Origin: an uncultured Rhodospirillaceae bacterium
Lineage (GTDB): Bacteria > Pseudomonadota > Alphaproteobacteria > GCA-2731375
Assembly (NCBI GenBank): GCA_964507245.1
Contig: CAZDQC010000004.1
Coordinates: forward strand, 1,771 to 65,770
DNA: 64,000 bases
Direction of reading: 5' to 3'
Within the stretch, counting starts at the first letter, position 1. Each line of letters begins with the position of its first letter. The notes under the pieces were generated by a model that saw only the letters and a program-made list of their open reading frames with translations, did no database searches and had not been told where the DNA came from. The position numbers and the translations under genes were made by a program. Positions 50,329 to 59,952 of this stretch are shown here, piece by piece.

Positions 50329-51392
50329 TGTTGGATCTAAATGTAAGTACTCGCCTGGGAGAATTCTCGGTCGAAGCTAATATCAAAGCCGACGCCGGTG
50401 TGACAGCTCTTTTTGGACCCTCCGGGGCCGGAAAGACCACTTTAGTCAATATGTTAGCCGGTCTACTTCGTCCGGAGCGGGGCCACATTATCGTACAAGG
50501 GGAAATTCTGTTTGATCGAGAACAGGGGATAGATGTACCGCCCGAAGCGCGCCGCATTGGCTATGTGTTTCAAGAAAGTCGACTATTTCCCCACATGTCC
50601 GTGGCCGCAAATCTGAACTATGGGCGCCGACAAGACACGGTCAACTTTGACGCCGTCTTGGACCTATTAGCGTTGGCACCGTTACTGAAACGACGCCCCA
50701 ATTCCTTGTCCGGCGGCGAACGCCAACGAGTCGCTATCGGGCGAGCCCTTTTGGCGTCGCCACGGATATTATTAATGGACGAGCCATTGGCCAATCTGGA
50801 TGCACCCCGCCGATCTGAAATTTTACCATTCATTGAGGATTTACGGCGGGAGTTTTCTCCTTCCATTGTTTATGTTTCCCACAACATGGACGAAATCATA
50901 AGACTCGCGGATCAGCTAGTGGTGATGGCAGAAGGCACCGTGGTCGCGAATGGCCCGGTAGCCGAAATCACCTCGCGTCTAGACCTGCGGCCCCTTACAG
51001 GTCGCTGGGACGCTGGCTCCGTAATTGATACCGTCGTAGCTGAACAAGATGACAGCGATTTTCTAACCCGGTTGTCGTTTAAGGGAGGGAATCTATGGTT
51101 GCCGCGCTTAGATCTGGCTGTTGGAACAAGCCTACGGATACAGGTCAGAGCGCGGGATGTCAGCATTGCCCTAATTCCACCTGCAGATATCAGCATATTG
51201 AATGTTTTCGCTGGCGAAGTAATTGAGGTTGGTGAGGACGATGGTCCCCAAGTTGACGTTTTGCTTGATATCGGCGCACCATTGTGGGCTCGTATCACTA
51301 AGCGATCGCAACGGGAACTTAATATTGCACCCGGACGGATGGTCCATGCCATGATCAAGGCCATGGCCGTGGACCGCAGCGTTCGCAAATGA
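50325..51392 (+). CDS. modC: Molybdate ABC transporter ATP-binding protein with C-terminal TOBE domains
   Basis: 355 aa with Walker A GPSGAGKTT, signature LSGGERQRV, Walker B LLMDEPL, and a C-terminal Mop/TOBE region. It overlaps modB by 4 nt. Confidence 0.85.
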   Translation: MMLDLNVSTRLGEFSVEANIKADAGVTALFGPSGAGKTTLVNMLAGLLRPERGHIIVQGEILFDREQGIDVPPEARRIGYVFQESRLFPHMSVAANLNYGRRQDTVNFDAVLDLLALAPLLKRRPNSLSGGERQRVAIGRALLASPRILLMDEPLANLDAPRRSEILPFIEDLRREFSPSIVYVSHNMDEIIRLADQLVVMAEGTVVANGPVAEITSRLDLRPLTGRWDAGSVIDTVVAEQDDSDFLTRLSFKGGNLWLPRLDLAVGTSLRIQVRARDVSIALIPPADISILNVFAGEVIEVGEDDGPQVDVLLDIGAPLWARITKRSQRELNIAPGRMVHAMIKAMAVDRSVRK

Positions 51393-51401
51393 GCCTTCGG
51401 G

Positions 51402-51650
51402 TTAGTCTTTCTTTAGATTGGAGATATTGGGCCGTTCGGCCACACCTTCAGGTACGTCAACAGCTCGCGGCGTCTGGTTGTAAAAAAGGAAGGCTGGAAC
51501 AGCACCGATTATCAAGGCAATCACGATCGTGCCCGGCCAATGAAATTTAGTGAGGCCCCTGAAACGCCGCTGCCGCGCACTCCGCACCAAATATACGACA
51601 GCCACCACAACGACCGCCGAGACCAGCCATATCAGCCAAAAGTCCCTCAT
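51402..51650 (-). CDS. Small hypothetical membrane protein (2 TM helices)
   Basis: 82-aa ORF with two hydrophobic helices. It is convergent with modC. No motif is recognised. Confidence 0.35.
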   Translation of the reverse strand: MRDFWLIWLVSAVVVVAVVYLVRSARQRRFRGLTKFHWPGTIVIALIIGAVPAFLFYNQTPRAVDVPEGVAERPNISNLKKD

Positions 51651-51674
51651 CCAGGCATGCTAACAGAATCCGTA

Positions 51675-52457
51675 TTACAAATCGATGTCTTGTAAGGCAA
51701 TAGCGCGGCCTTTGGCCGCCGCCATCAAATAAGACAGATCGCTACCGCCTAAGACCATGCGAACGCCCATTTTTATGTATTTTGCTGCCAGATCATCATA
51801 GATACCACCCATGCCTGCCCATTTGCGGTTATTTTGGCAAGCGGAAATCGTACTTTCGTAGGCGGCTACGACGTCCTCATGATCATATTGGCCGGGTATG
51901 CCCATTTCGGCACAAAGATCATTGGTGCCTATCAAAAGCACATCAACCCCGTCAACACCGGCGATTTCATCAGCATTGGCGATAGCCTCTGGGCTCTCCA
52001 ACATAACCACGACTAGCAAATTTTCGTTAATTAGCTTGGTCGCTTCGGCCATGGGGAGATTTTCGTATTCCAAAATTGCGGCGCCACCAGCGAGGGATCG
52101 GTGACCGAGCGGGGGATAGAGACACTGATCGACCACGCGTCGTGCCTCCTTGGCAGAATTTACGTGCGGTACCACGATGCCTTGCGCTCCGGCATCTAAC
52201 GGCCGGCTCGCATGGTGATGGAGGTGCGACGAAGCCCTCACAATCGGCGTGCAGCCGGCATCCAGTCCAGCTAGGGAAATATCCGCAACTGTTTCTAAAT
52301 TCAACGGACTATGTTCCATATCAATAAACAGCCAGTCATATCCACAGACCTTGGCGACTTTTGCAATCTCGACGCCACGGGCAATACGCACGCCAATTCC
52401 CAGCGACAATTCTCCGTCGGATAGCTTTTGCTTGGTAACATTCTGTATGATAGCCAT
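51675..52457 (-). CDS. HpcH/HpaI family aldolase (2-keto-3-deoxy-acid / 2,4-dihydroxyhept-2-enedioate aldolase-like)
   Basis: ORF 51675-52544. The ATG at 52457 (MAIIQNVTKQ...) has an AGGAA RBS. The TIM-barrel class II aldolase signatures (FIDMEHSP, VVMLESPEA) are present. Confidence 0.8.
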   Translation of the reverse strand: MAIIQNVTKQKLSDGELSLGIGVRIARGVEIAKVAKVCGYDWLFIDMEHSPLNLETVADISLAGLDAGCTPIVRASSHLHHHASRPLDAGAQGIVVPHVNSAKEARRVVDQCLYPPLGHRSLAGGAAILEYENLPMAEATKLINENLLVVVMLESPEAIANADEIAGVDGVDVLLIGTNDLCAEMGIPGQYDHEDVVAAYESTISACQNNRKWAGMGGIYDDLAAKYIKMGVRMVLGGSDLSYLMAAAKGRAIALQDIDL

Positions 52458-52618
52458 GCGAAGATTCCTAATTTTTTTACCGCTTGTTTTCCAAATATCG
52501 ACCCGGCCCAGCCGAACCATAATTGAATTAACATGTCGGCGCACCTAATTCAGGGCTACATGCGTTGTAATTCCGAAACTAATAGAGAGGCCGCGGTATA
52601 GCAAATTATGCACCTGGG

Positions 52619-53422
52619 TTATACAGCGGTACGGATACGTTCCTGGCAGGTACGAATAACTTCATCACCGGGACGTTTCCACCAATTTTCAGCCGAGAAA
52701 ATTTCAACCTCAATCAAGCCATCATAGCCAATGTGGTCAATCCATCTGGTAATCTTCGGGATGTCCACAATCCCGTCACCCATCATGCCACGATCCAGCA
52801 GCAAATCATTGGTTGGCACCAGCCAATCACAAACATGATAGGCTAGCACCCGGTCTCTGGCTCGCTTAATCTGCGCCTCTAGATCAGGGTCCCACCAAAC
52901 GTGATAAATATCCACCGCCACGCCAATTCCGTCGCCCAATACATCACAGAGATCAAGCGCCTGGCCAAGGGTATTGATAGCACATCTTTCAGCCGCATAC
53001 ATGGGATGAAGCGGCTCGATTGCTACTGGCATGCCGGAAGCCCGTGCGTGAGGCAGCACGGCGCCAAGCCCATCACGGATCATTGACCGTGCGCCGGTGA
53101 TATCCTTAGATCCATTCGGCAAACCACCCGCCACCATGATTAAACAATCTGCTCCCAAGGCCACGGCCTGATCCACAGCCAACAGATTGTCATCAATCCT
53201 TGCTTGACGCTCCATATTAGTAGTGCCAGGAAACTGACCCGCACGGCACAGGCCTGAAACTCGAAGGCCATGTTCGTCAAGCATCCGAACGGCTTCATTC
53301 AGACCACATTCCGCTAACTTGTCACGCCAGATTGAGATGCCAGTCACACCTGCTTGTGCGTATGCAATTATAGCTCCGGCAAGGTTATGTTGCTCTCGGG
53401 TCGTAGCCTGGTTGATAGACAT
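52619..53422 (-). CDS. Sugar phosphate isomerase/epimerase (xylose isomerase-like TIM barrel)
   Basis: ORF 52619-53494. The ATG at 53422 (MSINQATT...) lies 10 nt after the upstream gene stop. The AP-endonuclease-2/xylose-isomerase-like TIM barrel has metal-ligand Glu, Asp and His positions (IEPLHP, DIYH, EVEIF). Confidence 0.75.
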   Translation of the reverse strand: MSINQATTREQHNLAGAIIAYAQAGVTGISIWRDKLAECGLNEAVRMLDEHGLRVSGLCRAGQFPGTTNMERQARIDDNLLAVDQAVALGADCLIMVAGGLPNGSKDITGARSMIRDGLGAVLPHARASGMPVAIEPLHPMYAAERCAINTLGQALDLCDVLGDGIGVAVDIYHVWWDPDLEAQIKRARDRVLAYHVCDWLVPTNDLLLDRGMMGDGIVDIPKITRWIDHIGYDGLIEVEIFSAENWWKRPGDEVIRTCQERIRTAV

Positions 53423-53432
53423 GCGGGCTGGA

Positions 53433-54812
53433 TCAGCCACAATACAACTCCCGCATATCAGCGAAGTCAGGCTCCGCACCATAGGCAAAACCAACGCTAT
53501 TCAATGATCCTATTGTGATCAGACCCTCCTTGATGGTCAGACGAGTGACGCCACCTGATTCATGATAGATATCGGGATGGGCCTTACGGAATGCTACCTG
53601 TTCCGCGTGGGGGACACCGGTCAACCCATTGACATAGTGATGGCCATTTCGTTCTACATGGGTGATGCCCAACAAATTAACGAGCGCCAAATCCTGCTGC
53701 ACCGACAGACCTGCCTGGGTAGTCAAATCTTCTGCCGACATAAAGAACCCCTGACCCCAATGGTCACAACGCCCTCGATTCAAAATCGATTTGTAAAGAC
53801 CCTTGCAGGATTTTGAAGAAACACCACGATAACCCAATTCTCGGCCTCTAGGAAACGCCTCAAGGGACCCATCCGATTCATCAAGGATTACAGGCTTCCG
53901 TGCGCTCAACTCGCTGACATCAACTTCCAAGGCGACGCTGCGGGATATCGGTTGTTCCACGAACAGGATAGACTGATTAAACCGTTTCAAGCGGGGATTG
54001 CCCTCAATCCCATCCAATAATGCGCTAACCCCTCGTACATCTCCATATTGTTCATTACCATCCAAGCTGACAATGTATCCATCGTCACACTCATCGAGCA
54101 AATCAGCGATTTCCACCAAGCGGGCGATATCTTCACTAAGATCACCGCAGACCTTAATCTTGAAGTAATTGTGCCCGTAAGTGGCGATGACCTCACTCAG
54201 TGTTTCGGGTAGGCCGTCGGCAACCGATTGTGGATTTTTTCTAATCGGATCGAGCATCCCGACCGTATGTCGTGCGTGGATACTGCGTGCCGGACTCAAG
54301 CCAGCCAAAAACTGGTCCATGTCAAATTCATCGCTAGTAATACCAGGCAAATTACCTTGCACGGCACTATAGAAGGACACTTTCTGTAACCTACAAAGAC
54401 TGTCAAGAATGGCGCGGTCTAAGATAGCCGGACCGTAGCAGGCGACGAGGGAATTATCTCCTCTTCCACCACATATTTGGATTTGTTCTTTGTAATTTGA
54501 TAGGAACAAGCCGAAGGCTGTCGCGGGAGAGGCGTTGCGGTATAGAAAAGTCGCGGTACACAAGGAATGGCGTAATTGGTCAAAGTTATCTTCATTACTG
54601 AGCCCCAAATTTTTGTCGAACCATTTGGGCGCCAACATCTCCGCTGATAGTCCCCAACCTTCCCGCCCGTCAAGTAGCCGTATACGCACCCGAGCGAATA
54701 CCTGGGGGCATTCGCGCAAAGTGGTAACCCCAAATTTGAAAGGCATGCGCAGGGTGACATCTCGCTCGTACAGCTGTACTTCTTCAACCGAAAGTTTGGT
54801 GTATTCAGCCAA
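53433..54812 (-). CDS. Enolase superfamily enzyme (mandelate racemase subgroup-like; probable acid-sugar dehydratase or epimerase)
   Basis: 459 aa with a KxK motif (FKIKVCG) and D/E/D metal ligands (SLDGNEQY, FVEQP, ILDESD). Confidence 0.65.
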   Translation of the reverse strand: MAEYTKLSVEEVQLYERDVTLRMPFKFGVTTLRECPQVFARVRIRLLDGREGWGLSAEMLAPKWFDKNLGLSNEDNFDQLRHSLCTATFLYRNASPATAFGLFLSNYKEQIQICGGRGDNSLVACYGPAILDRAILDSLCRLQKVSFYSAVQGNLPGITSDEFDMDQFLAGLSPARSIHARHTVGMLDPIRKNPQSVADGLPETLSEVIATYGHNYFKIKVCGDLSEDIARLVEIADLLDECDDGYIVSLDGNEQYGDVRGVSALLDGIEGNPRLKRFNQSILFVEQPISRSVALEVDVSELSARKPVILDESDGSLEAFPRGRELGYRGVSSKSCKGLYKSILNRGRCDHWGQGFFMSAEDLTTQAGLSVQQDLALVNLLGITHVERNGHHYVNGLTGVPHAEQVAFRKAHPDIYHESGGVTRLTIKEGLITIGSLNSVGFAYGAEPDFADMRELYCG

Positions 54813-54975
54813 AATAACCCCCTAGATACCGCGCCAATGAGCAATGGCTCGAACACGGGGTATTATCGTGAGATTACCATATACAAACTCACCCACATTG
54901 TGACCTAGGGTCGCCACGAATTCACCCTGTTCAAGAAACCGCTTGCCTTGATCACTTCAATACATAACGAAATTT

Positions 54976-55992
54976 TCACAAAGGTACCCTTCGATTTTCC
55001 ATCGACGAATATTCGATAGCTTCAAGAATACGGGCCATACCCACACCACATTCATCTACACCCGCCAAAGGTAGTCTCTTGCCATCCACAGCGTCTAAAA
55101 AAGCCCGAAACTCCGCCGCTACGACTTGAAAGGGCTCAGTCACAGCGCAATAGGGTTTTTCGACGCCTTGGTTGTTGGGTTGCCAAATACCCCCCACCAA
55201 TTCATGACGTACCCGATGAACCTGCAAATCATTGACCTGGTAGTCAATCTCCACCGCCCCCTTACTCCCCGAAACCATGAACTCCTTCGTCTGGGTAGCG
55301 CCCGGAACAATATTGTCGTTCCAGCGACCGGGCTGGATGCAACCGACCTCTACTTGCGCCAAGGCGCCAGTGGCATAGAACAGCCGGATTAGGGCAAAGT
55401 CGTCATACCCCCGGCTGAAATGATCTTTGGTTACGGCATCGACTTCTAACGGCAACTCGCCCGTCATCCAATTGGCCTGATCGATAAAATGAACAGCGTC
55501 ATTCGCCACGACGCCGCTGTCGGACCTAGCCCTTTTATACCCATGGAAGCGGCCTGACATATACCGCAAATCACCTAGACGGCCTTTGTCAATTTCTTCC
55601 TTTGCCCGCTGAGCTAAGGGATGAGCCCGGAAATAAAAGCCTACTTGAACTACTTGATCTCGTACCATCTCCTTAAAGGCCAAAGCATCGTTGAGAGTTA
55701 GGGTCATAGGCTTTTCAATAAAAATAGGTTTTTCCGTATTCAGCACCGGAAGGCAAACCTCTAAATGCAAATTCGTCGGAGCCAATATCACCACGAGGTC
55801 TGCCTTTTCCAAAAAGTCCGTTACCGCCCCCGATACCTGATTAGGCGCAATACCTAAATCTACACATCTACACCGCGCCGCCTCATCCGGATCGACTATA
55901 TACAAATCATCGGCCAAACCCAGCGAGCGCCACGCTGCTAAATGCGTAGGTCCAAAATTGCCAAACCCTATTTGCAATATACAACGCCTCAA
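54976..55992 (-). CDS. Gfo/Idh/MocA family oxidoreductase
   Basis: 338 aa with an N-terminal Rossmann motif (ILQIGFGNFGP) and the EKP motif (IFIEKPM). The start is non-ATG (TTG at 55992 or 55977). Confidence 0.8.
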   Translation of the reverse strand: MRRCILQIGFGNFGPTHLAAWRSLGLADDLYIVDPDEAARCRCVDLGIAPNQVSGAVTDFLEKADLVVILAPTNLHLEVCLPVLNTEKPIFIEKPMTLTLNDALAFKEMVRDQVVQVGFYFRAHPLAQRAKEEIDKGRLGDLRYMSGRFHGYKRARSDSGVVANDAVHFIDQANWMTGELPLEVDAVTKDHFSRGYDDFALIRLFYATGALAQVEVGCIQPGRWNDNIVPGATQTKEFMVSGSKGAVEIDYQVNDLQVHRVRHELVGGIWQPNNQGVEKPYCAVTEPFQVVAAEFRAFLDAVDGKRLPLAGVDECGVGMARILEAIEYSSMENRRVPL

Positions 55993-55994
55993 GG

Positions 55995-56231
55995 CTATTT
56001 CCCTAAGGCAGCAACGCCATGTGTTGTGAGAAAGGCGCGCATGCCGCTGCTAGCTAGTTCTGGATTGACGAGCAGATCAGAGGCGTCTGTCAAGGTATCA
56101 GCTATCACATGGGCATCTGCATAAGCGGTACGGTTGAAGGGACGATTAGCGCGCGCCGGGAAATCCTGCGTCATGGGTCTAGTGAATGGTACCAGGGTGC
56201 CGTCAGAGATCGTTAAATTTAATGGGGGCAC
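55995..56231 (-). CDS. Small ORF (78 aa, GTG start) exactly filling the gap between the two Gfo/Idh/MocA genes; hypothetical
   Basis: Its stop lies 2 nt before the downstream gene start, and its GTG start lies 3 nt after the upstream gene stop. No motif is recognised. Confidence 0.3.
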   Translation of the reverse strand: MPPLNLTISDGTLVPFTRPMTQDFPARANRPFNRTAYADAHVIADTLTDASDLLVNPELASSGMRAFLTTHGVAALGK

Positions 56232-56233
56232 AA

Positions 56234-57391
56234 TCAGGTCTCCAAATCTGGCACTTGTAACCAGCGGCCCTCGGACCAGCTTTGAAGACCCAATTCTGCC
56301 AGTTGCACCCCTTTAGCACCGGCCAGCAGATCCCAAGGAAAGGCGCTATCTTCGTACAAATGGTGAATAAATAATTCCCACTGCGCCTTGAAGGCGTTGT
56401 CGTACTGGACGAGATCAGGAACCTCTTCCCAGCCATCATTATAGTCGATAGTGGGCGGAATGTCCGGATTCCAAACTGGCCTTGGCGTATCGACCAGGGA
56501 TTGAATTCGACAGCGCCGAAGGCCTGCCACAGCTGATCCGTTAGTACCGTCCACATGCAGCGTCAAGAGATCATCCCTGCGGACCCGGGTGCACCAAGAT
56601 GAATTGAAATGGGCGATAACGTCACCCTCTAGCTGGAAAGTGGCATAGGCCGCATCGTCCACATCTGCTTCGTAAGGTTGGTTATATTCGTCCCATCGTT
56701 TTGGAATGTGGGTAGCTCCCAGACAGCTGACTGCCTTCACCGAACCGAAGATGCTGTCCAGCACATACCGCCAATGACACAGCATATCCAGTATGATGCC
56801 ACCACCTCCGCTCTTCTTGTAGTTCCACGAGGGCCGCTGGGCCGGTTGCAGTTCGCCATCAAATACCCAATAGCCGAACTCGCCCCGGACCGACAGAATA
56901 CGGCCGAAAAAATCGGCATCGATCAGGTATTTCAGTTTTCGGATACCAGGCAACCATAATTTATCTTGCACCACCCCATGCTTGATACCAGCCGCCTTGG
57001 CCTTTTCATAGACGGCGTAGGCATCCACTAGATTGTCTGCAGCCGGCTTTTCACAATAAATATTTTTGCCGGCGTCGATGGCCTTGGACAGCAAACTAGC
57101 CCGCGCCTGGGTTGTCGCGGAGTCAAAAAATAGTGTGTCGTCCAGATTAGCGATGGCGGCATCCAGGTCGTCGGTCCAGCGATCGAGACCATGTTCCCGC
57201 GCCAAGGCACCTACCCGACCCGCATCCCGGCCCACCAGAATAGGATCAGGCATCACGCGAGTTCCGTCGGCCAATTCCAAACCGCCCGCCTTCATAATTT
57301 CGAGGATCGAGCGGATCAAATGCTGGTTTTTACCCATACGGCCAGTGACACCGTTCATGATGATGCCTAGACGTTTCTCACTCATACTCAC
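56234..57391 (-). CDS. Gfo/Idh/MocA family oxidoreductase
   Basis: 385 aa with an N-terminal Rossmann motif (LGIIMNGVTGRMG) and the EKP motif (IYCEKPA). Confidence 0.85.
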   Translation of the reverse strand: MSMSEKRLGIIMNGVTGRMGKNQHLIRSILEIMKAGGLELADGTRVMPDPILVGRDAGRVGALAREHGLDRWTDDLDAAIANLDDTLFFDSATTQARASLLSKAIDAGKNIYCEKPAADNLVDAYAVYEKAKAAGIKHGVVQDKLWLPGIRKLKYLIDADFFGRILSVRGEFGYWVFDGELQPAQRPSWNYKKSGGGGIILDMLCHWRYVLDSIFGSVKAVSCLGATHIPKRWDEYNQPYEADVDDAAYATFQLEGDVIAHFNSSWCTRVRRDDLLTLHVDGTNGSAVAGLRRCRIQSLVDTPRPVWNPDIPPTIDYNDGWEEVPDLVQYDNAFKAQWELFIHHLYEDSAFPWDLLAGAKGVQLAELGLQSWSEGRWLQVPDLET

Positions 57392-57509
57392 TCCATGACC
57401 AGTGATTGGCAGATGCGGTGAGGGTGATAACCAAAGCTTCCTGCCTTTTCATCAATATTCGACTTAATATCCCGGTCGCGCAAAAATGACATGAATGAAT
57501 AATCAAACA

Positions 57510-58571
57510 TCATCCCAGCCAAAGTTCTAAATTCTCGGCAACGAAATCGTCGTCACACAGATGTGGGTAATGGGCGATTATCCGATCCAATTCCGCAGCC
57601 TGACCTGGGCTAAGCTTTTCATCTGGGTTTAAGCACCAGTTACCCCGCATCAAACCTTGGCGACGTAACACTTCATTACACCCAGCAATACAGCCTGCGA
57701 AATCATTGGCTACATCAAACAAGGCGCCGTTCGCATCGGTGATCTGACTATCCAATTGAAGTAAATTCATATCGATTTTACCCGCCGCAATGGCCCCATG
57801 TGCCAAACTCAAATAATCAACAGCCGGTTTGACCCATACGCTCCAATGCCCCAATAGACCACCCTTGAAGCGTACGACAACCTCCTCCTCACCCCGTTTC
57901 AACGCATAGGGGGTCAGTAAGTCCAGAAAGATGTGATCATCATTCCCAGTGTAAAGACTAATACGATTTTCTGCTTCCGCAGCGACCACACCACGCATTA
58001 CGTCCAGGGTCCGATAACGATGAAAAGGTGCAACTTTGATGGCGATAACATTATCGATGGCCGCAAAGCGGCGCCAGAAATTCGTCGATAATAAAACACC
58101 ACCTACAGCCGGTTGCAGATAGAAACCCACCAAGGGAATGCGATCGCCGACGGCCCTACAATGGGCAATTATCTCATCCTCATTGGAACCTCTATGGGCA
58201 GCTAGACTTAACAGCCCGGCGTGATAGCCAAGGCCAAGCGCGATATCCGCTTCGGCAATTGCTTGGTTGGTTGATCCCACCAGACCAGCAATCATGATTT
58301 TGGTTTCTTCCGTCCAATCGGCCACGGCTTCCGCCGCCATCCGCAGGACGGGTTCATACAGACCTACGTCGCGTATTTCGAATTGCGTCGAATGCACGCC
58401 CACTGCCAGGCCACCAGCCCCAGCATCTATATAGTAACGGCTTAAGGCCCGCTGATGACGCTCATCCAGAATACGCTGTTCGGTCAATGCCAGGGGATGA
58501 GCGGGGATCACCACGCCCCGACGCAGCAGCGCAATCACTTCGTTGGGCAATTCTTCCCGATGCAACGGCAT
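57510..58571 (-). CDS. Dihydrodipicolinate synthase-like (DapA fold) protein of the DUF993 type
   Basis: 353 aa with a class I aldolase/DapA-like TIM barrel pattern. Family assignment is from memory of DUF993 proteins that cluster with Gfo/Idh/MocA and TIM-barrel isomerase genes. Confidence 0.55.
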   Translation of the reverse strand: MPLHREELPNEVIALLRRGVVIPAHPLALTEQRILDERHQRALSRYYIDAGAGGLAVGVHSTQFEIRDVGLYEPVLRMAAEAVADWTEETKIMIAGLVGSTNQAIAEADIALGLGYHAGLLSLAAHRGSNEDEIIAHCRAVGDRIPLVGFYLQPAVGGVLLSTNFWRRFAAIDNVIAIKVAPFHRYRTLDVMRGVVAAEAENRISLYTGNDDHIFLDLLTPYALKRGEEEVVVRFKGGLLGHWSVWVKPAVDYLSLAHGAIAAGKIDMNLLQLDSQITDANGALFDVANDFAGCIAGCNEVLRRQGLMRGNWCLNPDEKLSPGQAAELDRIIAHYPHLCDDDFVAENLELWLG

Positions 58572-58586
58572 CCTTTCCCCCAGGTT

Positions 58587-59342
58587 CTAGAACGACACCA
58601 CGGTATCGATGTCGTAGGTCAGTGCCGAATTAACTAGTCGCGCCTCGCGATTACCGTAGTGCATGGCACAGGCACGCCGCCATCTATCCGATCGATTGGT
58701 CGATGACTGATGCAGAGTATTTCCATGATGAAAGGAGACCCCACCACATCGTACAGGCGCAGGCGTCATTTTGTATTGACTAGCCACATCGTCGGGAATT
58801 AACAGATTAAATGGTTCCCCTTCTGGTGCGATGTGGGGAATGACGTTGTCATTGTTTGTGCCTTCACCGAAATACAAGCAGCCGTTGCTTTCGTCTGCGT
58901 CGTCCAGAGCGACCCAGGCGGTCACCATGCTTTCATTGTCATTTGGCCCAAAATAGAAATTATCCTGATGCACCGGTTTGGGACCACCACCATTGGGTGC
59001 CTTGAAAAATATCTGACTAAAAAAAACTTTGGGCCCGGGTCCGATGATTTGTTCAACCAGTGAAAGGAGCCCTTTGTCACCAGCGAGAGCCCTAAAAACC
59101 GGTCTCAGGTAGACTGGATTGTCCAGCTTCCGCAAAATAGCTCTATCAGAAATATTAGGTTCCACATACCAGGCGCGATCTGCAGCATTTAATTTGCCGA
59201 TTTCCTCTGCTGCCCAGGTCTCTGCGTCGGTAATGGCTTCATTCATTTGTGTCTCGGAAAATATACCCTCGACGGTTAGATGGCCCCGCGCTCCATAATC
59301 CACGATCTGTTGGGAATTGAGGCAATTCATGACCTTCTCCAT
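58587..59342 (-). CDS. Phytanoyl-CoA dioxygenase (PhyH) family Fe(II)/2-oxoglutarate oxygenase
   Basis: 251 aa with the HxD...H facial triad (HQDNFY ... HHGNTLH). Confidence 0.75.
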   Translation of the reverse strand: MEKVMNCLNSQQIVDYGARGHLTVEGIFSETQMNEAITDAETWAAEEIGKLNAADRAWYVEPNISDRAILRKLDNPVYLRPVFRALAGDKGLLSLVEQIIGPGPKVFFSQIFFKAPNGGGPKPVHQDNFYFGPNDNESMVTAWVALDDADESNGCLYFGEGTNNDNVIPHIAPEGEPFNLLIPDDVASQYKMTPAPVRCGGVSFHHGNTLHQSSTNRSDRWRRACAMHYGNREARLVNSALTYDIDTVVSF

Positions 59343-59646
59343 AAAATAACCATCCAGTTACGTACAGCAGTCTTGTAGGATGGCCAACTGCGGATCGGCG
59401 GAAGAATTAACAGACGCCCTGAGTTTCTATAAGGGCGACATAGGCTATTTCGATCCAATTCCTATGACGGCTGACTACAAACCAATCGAGACCTATTTCA
59501 AGCTCAAAAACCATTCGATATTTCTAAGACTTGCAACAATGACTTCTGGGGTTTGTCGGTGAGGTTCGGAAGCTAGGGTGATAGGAAGAGAAAGGCGCGC
59601 CAAAAATTCTTTCGAGCGGCATAATTCTAACCGAAGTCATTGAAAA

Positions 59647-59952
59647 TCAAATCACTTGCGAGAACTCAACTAATTCCCTCGTCCGCTCAACTTTGCCGGC
59701 CCAGTGGCGATCAAATTCGGTAATAAATCCCTTCAAAATATCCGAATTTAACAGCGTGTTAGCGGTATCCAGGTCCAAAAATTCATAAAATGCAATATGG
59801 ACATTCGCTTCCACACTACTCCAACCACGTTTCGCGCTGAGGGCATTAAAAGCCTTCAAGGCATCGGGCAGATGTTCGTTTTCGTACCAAGCATCAAAAG
59901 CATCCCTAACAGAGGTATCAACCTCAGCACGCACGATTAAATAGGCAGCCAT
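59647..59952 (-). CDS. Hypothetical small protein (about 101 aa; possible dimeric alpha+beta barrel fold)
   Basis: ORF 59647-60015. The ATG at 59952 (MAAYLIVRAEV...) is the likely start. No catalytic motif is seen. Confidence 0.4.
   Translation of the reverse strand: MAAYLIVRAEVDTSVRDAFDAWYENEHLPDALKAFNALSAKRGWSSVEANVHIAFYEFLDLDTANTLLNSDILKGFITEFDRHWAGKVERTRELVEFSQVI

Noticed and set aside
55995-56231. Whether the 78-aa ORF is a frameshifted N-terminal extension of the downstream Gfo/Idh/MocA gene (pseudogene)
   Set aside because: The two are in different frames. The downstream protein begins directly with its Rossmann motif, as intact family members do, so a fusion would add an atypical 78-aa extension.
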